Positions 18,406-26,766 of a DNA stretch of 64,000 bases are shown in pieces. The notes under the pieces were generated by a model, which worked only from the letters and a program-made list of their open reading frames with translations, ran no database searches and was not told where the DNA came from. The position numbers and the translations under genes were made by a program. Origin of the DNA: Acidimicrobiales bacterium (GTDB lineage Bacteria; Actinomycetota; Acidimicrobiia; Acidimicrobiales; JACDCH01); contig DASXPN010000008.1 in the NCBI GenBank assembly GCA_036493595.1, positions 76,041-140,040 of the forward strand, given 5' to 3'. Numbering within the stretch: the first letter of the stretch is position 1; the number at the start of each line of letters is the position of its first letter.

Positions 18406-19080
18406 TCACTCGGACGGAGGGGTCGACTCCGGGATGCCGGTGAACGTGACGCCCACCCGCGTCTTGTAGTGCATGTTGAGCTGCAGGAGCACCGCCGTGA
18501 ACGACTCGATGGGCGTGGCCAGCGAGAGGCCGCCCGCGTCGAGGGGCCGCATGTTCGGGATCTTCGACACGATCTCCGCCGTCGCATCGGTGGCCCGCCT
18601 GTGATCCGAGCAGATCAGCACGTCGCTGACGATCGGATGGTCGAGATCGCCGAGCTCCTTGGCCGGCACGTGGTGAAACGCCGCCGCCACCTGGCAATGG
18701 GGCACCGCCGCTTGCACACTCGCCGCCACCGATCCACGGGGCGGCACGAGAGGCTGGAATTCCTTGCCGATGCGGGTGAGGGCGTTGGCCATCGAGATGA
18801 CCACCTTGCCCCGCAGAAGATGCTCGACCGAAGTCGCCGTCTGTGTGGCACCGTCCCACGGTGTGGCGATCACCACGAGGTCGGTGTCGGCGGCGGTCTC
18901 GTTGTCGCCCGCGCCGATCTCGAGATGGCGTTCGGGCCAGCGCGCGAGCAGCTCGTCCACCTTCTCCATCGCCCGGTACTTCGACCGCGAACCGATGACG
19001 ACGTCGAAGCCGGCCACCGCGAGACGGCAAGCGAGAGCACTGCCGGCGGGTCCGGTGCCCCCCAGGATTCCAATCCGCAC
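18406..19080 (-). CDS. NADPH-dependent F420 reductase family protein
   Basis: N-terminal Rossmann segment MRIGILGGTGPAGSALACRLAVAGFDVVIGSR. The 224-aa length and pattern are typical of NpdG/FNO-like reductases. Confidence 0.7.
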   Translation of the reverse strand: MRIGILGGTGPAGSALACRLAVAGFDVVIGSRSKYRAMEKVDELLARWPERHLEIGAGDNETAADTDLVVIATPWDGATQTATSVEHLLRGKVVISMANALTRIGKEFQPLVPPRGSVAASVQAAVPHCQVAAAFHHVPAKELGDLDHPIVSDVLICSDHRRATDATAEIVSKIPNMRPLDAGGLSLATPIESFTAVLLQLNMHYKTRVGVTFTGIPESTPPSE

Positions 19081-19139
19081 GTCAGGAGATTAGAGGGAAG
19101 GCCGTAACGTCCTGCCATTCGGGAGAGGTCGGAGGCCCC

Positions 19140-19913
19140 ATGGGACTGGTGGAAGGCAAGCGCATCCTCGTCACGGGCGTGCTCACGGACGACTCGTTGG
19201 CGTTCGCCGTCGCACGGATCGCGCAGGAGCAGGGTGCCGAAATCGTGCTGACCGGGGCCGGCCGCGGGCTGCGGTTGACCGAGCGGGTCGCACGCCGGTT
19301 GCCGTCCGAGCCCGAGGTGCTCGAGCTCGACGTGACCGTGAGCGAACATGCGAACGCGGTCCGGGACCGGCTGGCCGAGAAGTGGGGCACGGTCGACGGC
19401 GCGCTGCACGCCATCGGGTTCGCGCCGCCGTCGTGTCTCGGTGGCGGCTTCCTCGAAGCGCCGTGGGAGGACGTGTCGGTCGCGCTGCAGGTGTCGGCCT
19501 ACTCGTTGAAGGTGCTGGCGGACGTGGTCGTGCCGCTGATGGAGGGCGGAGGCTCGATCGTCGGGCTCGACTTCGACAACAGCACGCAGGCATGGCCCGC
19601 CTACGACTGGATGGGTGTGGCCAAGGCTGCGCTCGAGTCGTCGGCTCGGTACTTGGCACGCGAGCTCGGGCCTCGAGGGGTACGGGTGAACCTGGTGGCG
19701 GCCGGTCCGATCAAGACGCTCGCGGCGAGGTCGATCAGCGGGTTCGCCCGCTTCGAAGACGTGTGGGACGAGCGGGCGCCGCTCGGCTGGGACGTGAAGG
19801 GCGACCACGAGGCCGTCGGCCGGGCCTGCGTGGCGCTGCTGTCCGACTGGTTCCCGAAGACCACCGGCGAGCTCGTCCACGTCGACGGCGGCTTCCACGC
19901 CGTCGGCGCCTGA
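19140..19913 (+). CDS. fabI: enoyl-[acyl-carrier-protein] reductase (NADH), FabI/InhA type
   Basis: KRILVTGV...SLAFAVA glycine-poor FabI-type N-terminus, the Y-x6-K region (YDWMGVAKAALES), a C-terminal TTGELVHVDGG segment, and 257 aa total. Confidence 0.85.
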   Translation: MGLVEGKRILVTGVLTDDSLAFAVARIAQEQGAEIVLTGAGRGLRLTERVARRLPSEPEVLELDVTVSEHANAVRDRLAEKWGTVDGALHAIGFAPPSCLGGGFLEAPWEDVSVALQVSAYSLKVLADVVVPLMEGGGSIVGLDFDNSTQAWPAYDWMGVAKAALESSARYLARELGPRGVRVNLVAAGPIKTLAARSISGFARFEDVWDERAPLGWDVKGDHEAVGRACVALLSDWFPKTTGELVHVDGGFHAVGA

Positions 19914-19924
19914 CTCGAGAGGCG

Positions 19925-20986
19925 TTACGAGCGGGAGCGGCGGCGGGGCAGATGGTCGGACTCGTCGCGGATGTCGCCGACGAGGTCCTCGAGGACGTCT
20001 TCGAGGGTGGCGAGGCCGACCACACGACGAGCCTCGTCCACCACGACACCGACGTGGGTGCGCGTGCGCCGGATGTCGACGAGCACCTCGTCGAGTGGAC
20101 GATCAGCGGGGAGCACGAGCACCCGGCGGATGCGGGCCACGGGAAGGGGACGATCACGGGCTTCGGGCGGCACGGTGAGAAGGTCCTTGGCGTGGACGAA
20201 GCCCACGATGTCGTCGAGGTCGCGTCCGGCGACGAGCAACCGGGAGTGGCCGGTGGCCACGACCCGCTCCTCGGCTTCAGCCACTGACGCGCGTTGCGAC
20301 ACCCATGTGATGTCCTCGCGCGGGACCATCACCTCGCGTACCGGGCGCTCGCCGAAGTCGAGTGCACCCGACAGCAGATCGTGCGCGGTCTCCTCGATGA
20401 GCCCCTCCTCGTGGGACTCGGCCAGCATGCGGCCGATCTCGTCCACCGTGTGGGCGCTCATGATCTCCGCGCGGGGCTCGACGCCGAGCGCCCGCGTGCC
20501 CGCGTTGCCGAGCGACTGGATCACGCGGATGACCGGGCGGAACACGATCACATATGCCCGGTTGAAGATGGACAGTCGCAGCAGCATCTGCTCGGGATCG
20601 GCCAGCGCGAGGTAACGGGGGACGACCTCGCCGAACACCATGTGCAGGAACACGACGATGCCGAGGCCGATGACGAGCCCGAGCACGCGGGCGACGCCGT
20701 CGGGTACACCGAGAGGCGAGAGCAGGTTCTCGAGCCCTCGAATGACGGACGGCTCCGCGACCGCGCCGAGGCCGAGCGAGCACATCGTCACGCCCAGCTG
20801 TGACGACGCCAGTTGCAACGGCAGGTCGCGTGCCGACTGCAGAGCGAACCGCGCCCGTGTGTCGCCTTCCTGCGCCAGCGACTCGAGCCGCGTGCGGCGG
20901 CTCGCGATGACCGAGAACTCGTTGGCGACGAACACGCCGTTGAGCAGCAGGAGTAGCAGCGCGAGCAGCAGGAAGCCGGCGCTCAC
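19925..20986 (-). CDS. CNNM-type (DUF21 + CBS pair) membrane protein, hemolysin family, lacking the CorC_HlyC tail
   Basis: GTG at 20984-20986 overlaps the upstream stop (GTGA). The DUF21 start is LLLNGVFVANEFSVIASRRTRLESL, followed by a CBS pair. The 548-aa ORF-track model is an extension into the upstream gene. Confidence 0.75.
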   Translation of the reverse strand: MSAGFLLLALLLLLLNGVFVANEFSVIASRRTRLESLAQEGDTRARFALQSARDLPLQLASSQLGVTMCSLGLGAVAEPSVIRGLENLLSPLGVPDGVARVLGLVIGLGIVVFLHMVFGEVVPRYLALADPEQMLLRLSIFNRAYVIVFRPVIRVIQSLGNAGTRALGVEPRAEIMSAHTVDEIGRMLAESHEEGLIEETAHDLLSGALDFGERPVREVMVPREDITWVSQRASVAEAEERVVATGHSRLLVAGRDLDDIVGFVHAKDLLTVPPEARDRPLPVARIRRVLVLPADRPLDEVLVDIRRTRTHVGVVVDEARRVVGLATLEDVLEDLVGDIRDESDHLPRRRSRS

Positions 20987-22200
20987 GACCGGCTCCTCGG
21001 TGTCGCTGCCGCGGCGGCTGCGGCCGTCGACCGCGCCCGATCCGGTGCCGTCAACCGGACGCGAGCGATGCGACGGCGATCCATCTCGACGACCTCGATG
21101 AGCCAGCGTTCGTAGTCGAACCGGTCGCCGACGTCGGGGATTCGGCCGAGCCGATCGAGCACGAACCCGGCCAGCGTCTCGTACTCGCCCTCGGGCACGT
21201 CGAAGCCGCACGCCTCTCGTACCTCGTCGGGGTGCAGCGTCCCGGGTAGCTCGTACGTGCCCGCGGGGAGGACGCGCGTCAGTGACGGCTCGGCGATGTC
21301 GTACTCGTCGTCGATCTCGCCGACGATCTCCTCGAGAACGTCCTCGAGCGTGATGATCCCGGCGGTGCCGCCGTACTCGTCGACGACGACGGCGAGGTGT
21401 CCGCCAGTGCGTAGGTCGCGCAACAGCGAGCTCAGCTCGCGGCTCTCCGGCACGATGAACGGCTCTCGCATCACGGTTGCCACCGTCGCCATCGCCCGTT
21501 GCTCGACCGGCAGCCGGTAGACGTCCTTCACGTGGACGACACCGACGACGTCGTCGGGATCGGTACCGCACACGGGGAAGCGGCTGAACCCCGTCGACAC
21601 CGACAATGCCACGAGCTCGGCAATCGACGCGTCGGGGTTCGTGTAGCGCACCTGCCCGCGAGGCACGAGCGCGTCGGCCGCGGTCTTGTCGTTGAAGCGC
21701 AGGGTGCGAGTCAGCAGGTTGATGGCGTCCGCATCGAGCGTGCCTTCCTCACCGGACGCCTCGAACAGCAACTGGAACTCGTCGAGTGCCCGCACCGACG
21801 CGAGCTCCTCTTGCGGATCGATGCCGAGCTTGCGGACCGTCGCGTTCGCGCTGCGGTTCACCACTGTGATCACCGGCCGGAAGACCGCCGTGAACCACAC
21901 CATCGGGCGAGCCAGCGTGAGGGAGATCGGCTCCGCCCGCGCGATCGCGATGCTCTTCGGGATCAGCTCGCCCAGCACCATCGAGCCGACGGTCGCGATG
22001 ATCAGCGCGAGCGCGATGGCCACGCCCTCGCCGACGAGGGGCGCGAGCAGCGACGCAATCGTCGGTTCCGCGATGAAACCGAGGAGCAGCGACGTGACCG
22101 TGACGCCGAGTTGGGTCCCCGAGAGGTAGAACGCGAGCCGGTGCAGGATGCGCTCGACGACGCGCGCGCTGCCCTTGCCGTCCGCCGCCAGCGACTCCAC
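20983..22200 (-). CDS. CNNM-type (DUF21 + CBS pair + CorC_HlyC) membrane protein, hemolysin family
   Basis: DUF21 TM segments, a CBS pair, and a C-terminal transporter-associated domain ([21 protein letters not shown]). Coordinates use the first canonical start. The first DUF21 helix is encoded upstream, up to about 22302 (see findings). Confidence 0.8.
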   Translation of the reverse strand: MESLAADGKGSARVVERILHRLAFYLSGTQLGVTVTSLLLGFIAEPTIASLLAPLVGEGVAIALALIIATVGSMVLGELIPKSIAIARAEPISLTLARPMVWFTAVFRPVITVVNRSANATVRKLGIDPQEELASVRALDEFQLLFEASGEEGTLDADAINLLTRTLRFNDKTAADALVPRGQVRYTNPDASIAELVALSVSTGFSRFPVCGTDPDDVVGVVHVKDVYRLPVEQRAMATVATVMREPFIVPESRELSSLLRDLRTGGHLAVVVDEYGGTAGIITLEDVLEEIVGEIDDEYDIAEPSLTRVLPAGTYELPGTLHPDEVREACGFDVPEGEYETLAGFVLDRLGRIPDVGDRFDYERWLIEVVEMDRRRIARVRLTAPDRARSTAAAAAAATPRSRS

Positions 22201-22340
22201 GCGGGCGCGGTTGACTGCGACGAAACTGAACTCGGCCGCGACGAAGACACCGTTCCCGGCGATGAGCAGCAGGACGGCCAGGAGACCGAGCGCAGTACCG
22301 ATCGCGTCACGCTAGTAACCGAGTCGGCTAATCAAGTGCC

Positions 22341-23057
22341 GTGACTCCCGCACAAGCCGTCGCCGCGACCGCGGCGATGGCGCTCGGCGCGTGGGTCCAG
22401 GGCGGCATTGGCTTCGGATCGGCCCTGGTTGCGGCGCCGTTGCTCGCGCTCGTCGACACGCGCTTCGTGCCCGGACCGATCACGGTGGCGACGACCGTGC
22501 TCAATCTGTTCATCATCCGATCGAGCCAGAAAGAGGCGTTCGACCGGCAGGTCGGATGGTCGCTCTGCGGTCTGGTACCGGGGACGATCGCCGCCGGCGT
22601 GACGTTGCTCGTGCTGTCGTCGGACGGCCTGAGCATCGTGTTCGCGCTGATGGTCGTCATCGCGGTCGTGCTCACCGGCGCGGGATGGGACGTCCGCAAG
22701 CGGCCGTCGACCCTGTTCGCCGCGGGTCTGGCATCAGGCTTCATGGGCACGGTGTCGGGCATCGGCGGACCGCCCGTGGCGCTGCTGTACCAGCACGACA
22801 GCGGCCGGACGCTGCGGGCCACGCTCCCGCGCTACTTCCTCGCCGGCGGCGCGATCACGATGCTCACGCTGGTCGCAGTCGGCAAGCTCGGGGGTGATGA
22901 GTTGTTGCGGGCGCTCGTGCTGGTGCCGGGGATGCTCATCGGGCTGAGCGGCTCCGGTTGGCTGGCCGGCCACGTCGATCGCCGCACCGCTCGGCCGTTC
23001 GTGCTCGTGCTCTCCGCGCTCGCGGCCCTCACGGTGCTGGCGAAGGAATTGCTGTGA
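22341..23057 (+). CDS. sulfite exporter TauE/SafE family membrane protein
   Basis: 238 aa with about 7 TM segments and duplicated G-rich helices (GGIGFGSALV, GIGGPPVALL) typical of TauE/SafE. Confidence 0.75.
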   Translation: MTPAQAVAATAAMALGAWVQGGIGFGSALVAAPLLALVDTRFVPGPITVATTVLNLFIIRSSQKEAFDRQVGWSLCGLVPGTIAAGVTLLVLSSDGLSIVFALMVVIAVVLTGAGWDVRKRPSTLFAAGLASGFMGTVSGIGGPPVALLYQHDSGRTLRATLPRYFLAGGAITMLTLVAVGKLGGDELLRALVLVPGMLIGLSGSGWLAGHVDRRTARPFVLVLSALAALTVLAKELL

Positions 23058-23878
23058 CATCCGTGCCCGGCGTGACGTCAGGAGCCAAGGAGCGATCACG
23101 AGCCGCGGTGCGGTTCACCGGCGTCGGGCTCGTGCGCGATGACACCGTGATCCTCGACGAGGTCGACTGGACGGTCGGCGCGGACGAACGCTGGATCGTG
23201 CTCGGCGCCAACGGGTCGGGCAAGACCACGTTGCTGCGGATCGCGTCGCTCTACCTTCATCCGTCGCGCGGGACGGTCGAGATCCTCGGGGAGACACTGG
23301 GGCGCGTCGATGTTCGCCGGCACCGGCGCAACATCGGCGTCGTGTCGTCGTCGTTCGCGGATCTGCTGCGGCCGACGATCAGCGCGCTCGATGTGGTCGT
23401 CACCGCGAAGTACGCGGCCCTCGAGGCGTGGTGGCACGAGTACTCCGACGCGGATCGGCAACGAGCGCGGCAGTTGCTCGATCGATTCGGATGCGGTGCG
23501 ATGGCCGATCGCCCCTTCGCGGCGCTGTCTTCCGGCGAGCGCCAGCGCGTGCAACTGGCGCGCACGCTCATGACCGACCCTGGACTGTTGCTCCTCGACG
23601 AGCCGACCGCGGGGCTCGACCTCGGCGGCCGTGAGGATCTCGTGAAGCGGTTGGCGGCACTGGCCGCCGATCCGTCGACGCCGCCAACCATTCTCGTGAC
23701 CCATCACGTCGACGAGATCCCGCCCGGATTCGACAAGCTGTTGCTGTTGCGCGGCGGCCGCGTCCTCGCCGCCGGCCCCATCGACGACACGCTCACCGAA
23801 GAGACGCTCGGCGCCTGTTTCGACATGCAGGTCACTCTTGAACGCCGCCACGACCGCTGGTTCGCCTTCGCCCGCTGA
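23054..23878 (+). CDS. ABC transporter ATP-binding protein (solitary ATPase, no cognate permease adjacent)
   Basis: GTG at 23054 overlaps the TauE stop (GTGA). Walker A GANGSGKTT, signature LSSGERQRV and Walker B LLLLDEP are present. Confidence 0.85.
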   Translation: MTSVPGVTSGAKERSRAAVRFTGVGLVRDDTVILDEVDWTVGADERWIVLGANGSGKTTLLRIASLYLHPSRGTVEILGETLGRVDVRRHRRNIGVVSSSFADLLRPTISALDVVVTAKYAALEAWWHEYSDADRQRARQLLDRFGCGAMADRPFAALSSGERQRVQLARTLMTDPGLLLLDEPTAGLDLGGREDLVKRLAALAADPSTPPTILVTHHVDEIPPGFDKLLLLRGGRVLAAGPIDDTLTEETLGACFDMQVTLERRHDRWFAFAR

Positions 23879-23888
23879 GCCAACTCCG

Positions 23889-23950
23889 CCGAACTCCGGG
23901 TCCATTGCGGGGCGATAGCCCCGCAATAGAACCAACATTCAGCCCGTCGG
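23889..23950. repeat. REP-like palindromic element (copy 2 of 2 in the window)
   Basis: Same flanks and stem as 14344-14400 (CATTGCGGGGC/GCCCCGCAAT) but with a different loop (GATA versus CCTG). It lies in a convergent spacer between the ABC ATPase and the SRPBCC gene. Confidence 0.8.
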
Positions 23951-23974
23951 TCAGTCGGCCGGGGGGTCAGCGGG

Positions 23975-24406
23975 TCAGGCGTGGTCGACGAGGGCGAGGA
24001 GGCGGGGCTTCGAGCGTTCGATCTCGTCGCCGAGGATTCGCTCGAGCACGGGCCCCCACAGTCCGCCGCCGTAGTGCAACTGCATGGTCAACCGGCTGGC
24101 GCCGTCGAACGGCTCGACGTCCGCCGACAGCACCCACGGCGAGTGGGCGCGGTCGTCGCGTTCCTGGCGCTCGAACACGACGCGGGACGGCGACGAGTCG
24201 ACCGTGCGCACCATGCGCAGCCGCTTCGATCGCGCCAGTGGCCCGAGCCGCCCTCGCAGGTCGACGACCCAGGCGGGCTCGTCCCCGCCTTCGGGCACGG
24301 CCCGCGGGACGATGTCGAGCCACTCCGGGTACAGGCCGAGGTCGGCGACGCACCGGTACAGCGCATCCGGGGCACAGGGCGCGACGAGCGTCGCGGTGAC
24401 GTCCAC
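23975..24406 (-). CDS. SRPBCC (START/polyketide cyclase-like) family protein
   Basis: GTG at 24404-24406, 4 nt after the upstream stop. The 143-aa protein has a pattern typical of SRPBCC ligand-binding proteins: VADLGLYPEWL ... RLRMVRT ... LTMQLHY. Confidence 0.55.
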   Translation of the reverse strand: MDVTATLVAPCAPDALYRCVADLGLYPEWLDIVPRAVPEGGDEPAWVVDLRGRLGPLARSKRLRMVRTVDSSPSRVVFERQERDDRAHSPWVLSADVEPFDGASRLTMQLHYGGGLWGPVLERILGDEIERSKPRLLALVDHA

Positions 24407-24410
24407 TCGT

Positions 24411-25691
24411 TCAGGGTTTGGTAGTCGCGGACTGCGGGTCGGCCGCGAGCAGGATCGGGTACGGATCGACCGCGGGGCCACCGCCCGGGTGCACCTCGAA
24501 GTGCAGGTGCGGCCCGTACGCATCACCGGTGTGCCCGACGTAACCGATCAGCTGGCCCGCCTCGACGACCATCCCTGTCTGCAGTCCCACTACATAGGCC
24601 GACAGGTGTGCGTAGTAGTAGGACGTCCCGCTCTCACCCTTGAGCCAGATGCCGTTGCCACCGAGACCGCCTGAGCTCAGCTGCGTGATGATGCCGTGCT
24701 CCGCGGCGTACAGCTCGGTTCCCTCCGCCGCGACGATGTCGCAACCTTGGTGCGTGTGGGCCTGTGGCGTGCCCGGCAGACGCGGGTCGCCGAAGTCCTC
24801 GCTGAACGTGTGGGGTGGCGCCACCGGGAACACGAACCCGTGGATCACGACGTTGCCGCCGGCGGACGTGACCGCCAGCTCGAGCTGCGCGCTGTTGAGG
24901 TCGAGTTGTGCCTGGGCCTCGTCGACCTTCGCCTGGGCCAGCAAGGCCTGGGTGTCGGTGAGACTCTGGGCTGTCTTCGCCTGATCGCTCGTCACCTGTG
25001 CTTGCGCGGCCTTGTACCGCGCGATCGACGCGTTGTCCCGGTCGGCGATCGCGCTGAGCAGCGCCGTTCGCTGTCCGACCTGATCCTGGTCGTCGGACCA
25101 CTCCTCGATGTCGTCGGGCCCGCGCATGTACGCGTCGATGGCGCGCGCGACGAGGTCGTCGTGCGCGTCGGTCAGGTTCTTGATCGCCTGCTGGCCCGCG
25201 GCGTTCAACTGATCGACCTGACCCTGCACGTTGGCGAGCGTCGCCTCGAGCTGCTGGCGATTGGCGACCGCGGCCTCGTACGCGGCCTGCCGGGCGAGAG
25301 CCGATGCCCTGGCGGTGCGCACGTCGACTTGTACGACCCGGTTGGGAGGCGGCGCCACCGCGCCGGGCGTGCTCGGGGCCGGCTCGGGCGGCACGGTGTC
25401 CGGGGTCTGCGGCACGCTCTCGGGCGGCGCGTCACCGTTGGTCCCCGGATCCTCCGTGGTGGGCGGCGGCGTCGTGGTGTCGGGGGCCTGAGGGAGCGTC
25501 GGCAGCGTGATCTCCGGCGGCGCGGTCGTGGTCGTGGAGTCGGAGGACAAGCCCGAATCCGAAGCGGAATCGGATGCATCGGGCGGGGTTTGCGCCCAGG
25601 CCCGGCCGGCCGACGTCACCATCACGCCCAGAACGGCGGCCGCGACGAGTGAAACCGTCGCCACTACCGCGAGGGCGCGCCGCGAGATCAT
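24411..25691 (-). CDS. secreted M23 family metallopeptidase with Pro/Thr-rich linker and coiled-coil region
   Basis: Signal peptide (...GRAWA/Q), a PT-rich low-complexity segment, a long heptad-like Ala/Gln region, and a C-terminal LytM domain (HQGCDI ... YYAHL ... GHTGDAYGPHLHFEV). Confidence 0.85.
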   Translation of the reverse strand: MISRRALAVVATVSLVAAAVLGVMVTSAGRAWAQTPPDASDSASDSGLSSDSTTTTAPPEITLPTLPQAPDTTTPPPTTEDPGTNGDAPPESVPQTPDTVPPEPAPSTPGAVAPPPNRVVQVDVRTARASALARQAAYEAAVANRQQLEATLANVQGQVDQLNAAGQQAIKNLTDAHDDLVARAIDAYMRGPDDIEEWSDDQDQVGQRTALLSAIADRDNASIARYKAAQAQVTSDQAKTAQSLTDTQALLAQAKVDEAQAQLDLNSAQLELAVTSAGGNVVIHGFVFPVAPPHTFSEDFGDPRLPGTPQAHTHQGCDIVAAEGTELYAAEHGIITQLSSGGLGGNGIWLKGESGTSYYYAHLSAYVVGLQTGMVVEAGQLIGYVGHTGDAYGPHLHFEVHPGGGPAVDPYPILLAADPQSATTKP

Positions 25692-25695
25692 CCCG

Positions 25696-26766
25696 TCAGT
25701 CTTTCGGTCGGAGCGGCGCTGGTATCAAGTGCGCCGGGTGCGGATCGGGATCGACCACGAGTACGGCGTCGCGGCCGACCCGGACGCCGACCCGCTTGCC
25801 GGCGGCCGGCACGGTGGCCGTTCGGGCCACCACTTCGAGGGTCGAACCGCCGTCCAGTTGCACAGGCACGAGGAAATGATCGCCGCGAAAGCTGGCCGCG
25901 AGGGCATCACCCTCCAGATCACCGGTGTCCACCGGGACCAATGAGAGTGCATCCGGCCTCATGACCAGGCAGGCAGGGCCGTCGCCGCGCTCGGTGGTGA
26001 ACGTCCCGGCGGGACAGATCACCTGCCCGCGCCGCACCTCGACGTCGAACACGTTGACGAAGCCGAGGAACCGCGCCACGAACCCGTCGACCGGGTGACG
26101 CCACACATCGAAGGGCGCGCCGACCTGCACGATGCGACCGGCCCGCATCACCGCGACCCGATCCGCGATCGTGAATGCCTCACCTTGGTCGTGGGTGACC
26201 GTGATCGTGGTGGTGTCGAGCAGGCGGAACAGGTCACGCAATTCGACGGTGAGTCGCTCCCGCAGTGAGCGGTCGAGCGAACCGAGCGGCTCGTCGAGCA
26301 TCACCAGCCGAGGGGACGCGGCGAGGGCCCGTGCCAGCGCGACGCGTTGCTGCTCGCCGCCTGACAGCGACGCGACGGATCGCTGCTCGTAACCATCGAG
26401 ACCCACGAGCGTGAGCGCGTCGCGCACGCGCGCCGCCACCGTCGCTCGGTCCTCGTGCTGCATCCGCGGGCCGAAAGCTACGTTGCCGGCGACGTCGCGG
26501 TGCGGGAACAGCGCGTAGTCCTGGAACATCAGTCCGAGCCGGCGGCGGTGCGGTGGCACACCGGCCATGTCCACGTCGTCGACCGTGACGCGGCCCGCAT
26601 CAGGCGTGACGAGCCCCGCGATGGCGCGCAGCATCGTGCTCTTCCCGCAGCCACTCGGCCCGAGCAAGGTCACGATCTCGCCCGATGCCACGTGGAGATC
26701 GACCCCGTCGACCGCGACCTTGTCGCCGAACGAGACCCGCAGTCCTTCGACGTCGAGCGTGCTCAA
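25696..26766 (-). CDS. thiQ: ABC importer ATP-binding protein (thiamine / Fe3+ family) with C-terminal TOBE-like domain
   Basis: Walker A GPSGCGKST, signature LSGGEQQRV, Walker B LVMLDEP. TTG start overlaps the permease stop (TTGA). It is the last transporter gene of the TPP-riboswitch operon. Confidence 0.8.
   Translation of the reverse strand: MSTLDVEGLRVSFGDKVAVDGVDLHVASGEIVTLLGPSGCGKSTMLRAIAGLVTPDAGRVTVDDVDMAGVPPHRRRLGLMFQDYALFPHRDVAGNVAFGPRMQHEDRATVAARVRDALTLVGLDGYEQRSVASLSGGEQQRVALARALAASPRLVMLDEPLGSLDRSLRERLTVELRDLFRLLDTTTITVTHDQGEAFTIADRVAVMRAGRIVQVGAPFDVWRHPVDGFVARFLGFVNVFDVEVRRGQVICPAGTFTTERGDGPACLVMRPDALSLVPVDTGDLEGDALAASFRGDHFLVPVQLDGGSTLEVVARTATVPAAGKRVGVRVGRDAVLVVDPDPHPAHLIPAPLRPKD

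Noticed and set aside
18401-19030. Long N-terminal extensions in ORF-track models (this one for mshC; similar cases at 7149-7574, 44911-45261, 20987-21571, 46727-47533, 49442-49762, 50446-50619 and 51153-51371)
   Set aside because: The extensions run through the upstream gene in another frame and are Arg/Pro/Gly-rich. They also precede an internal start codon that coincides with the stop of the upstream gene (ATGA/GTGA/TTGA coupling) and with the beginning of the homologous region.
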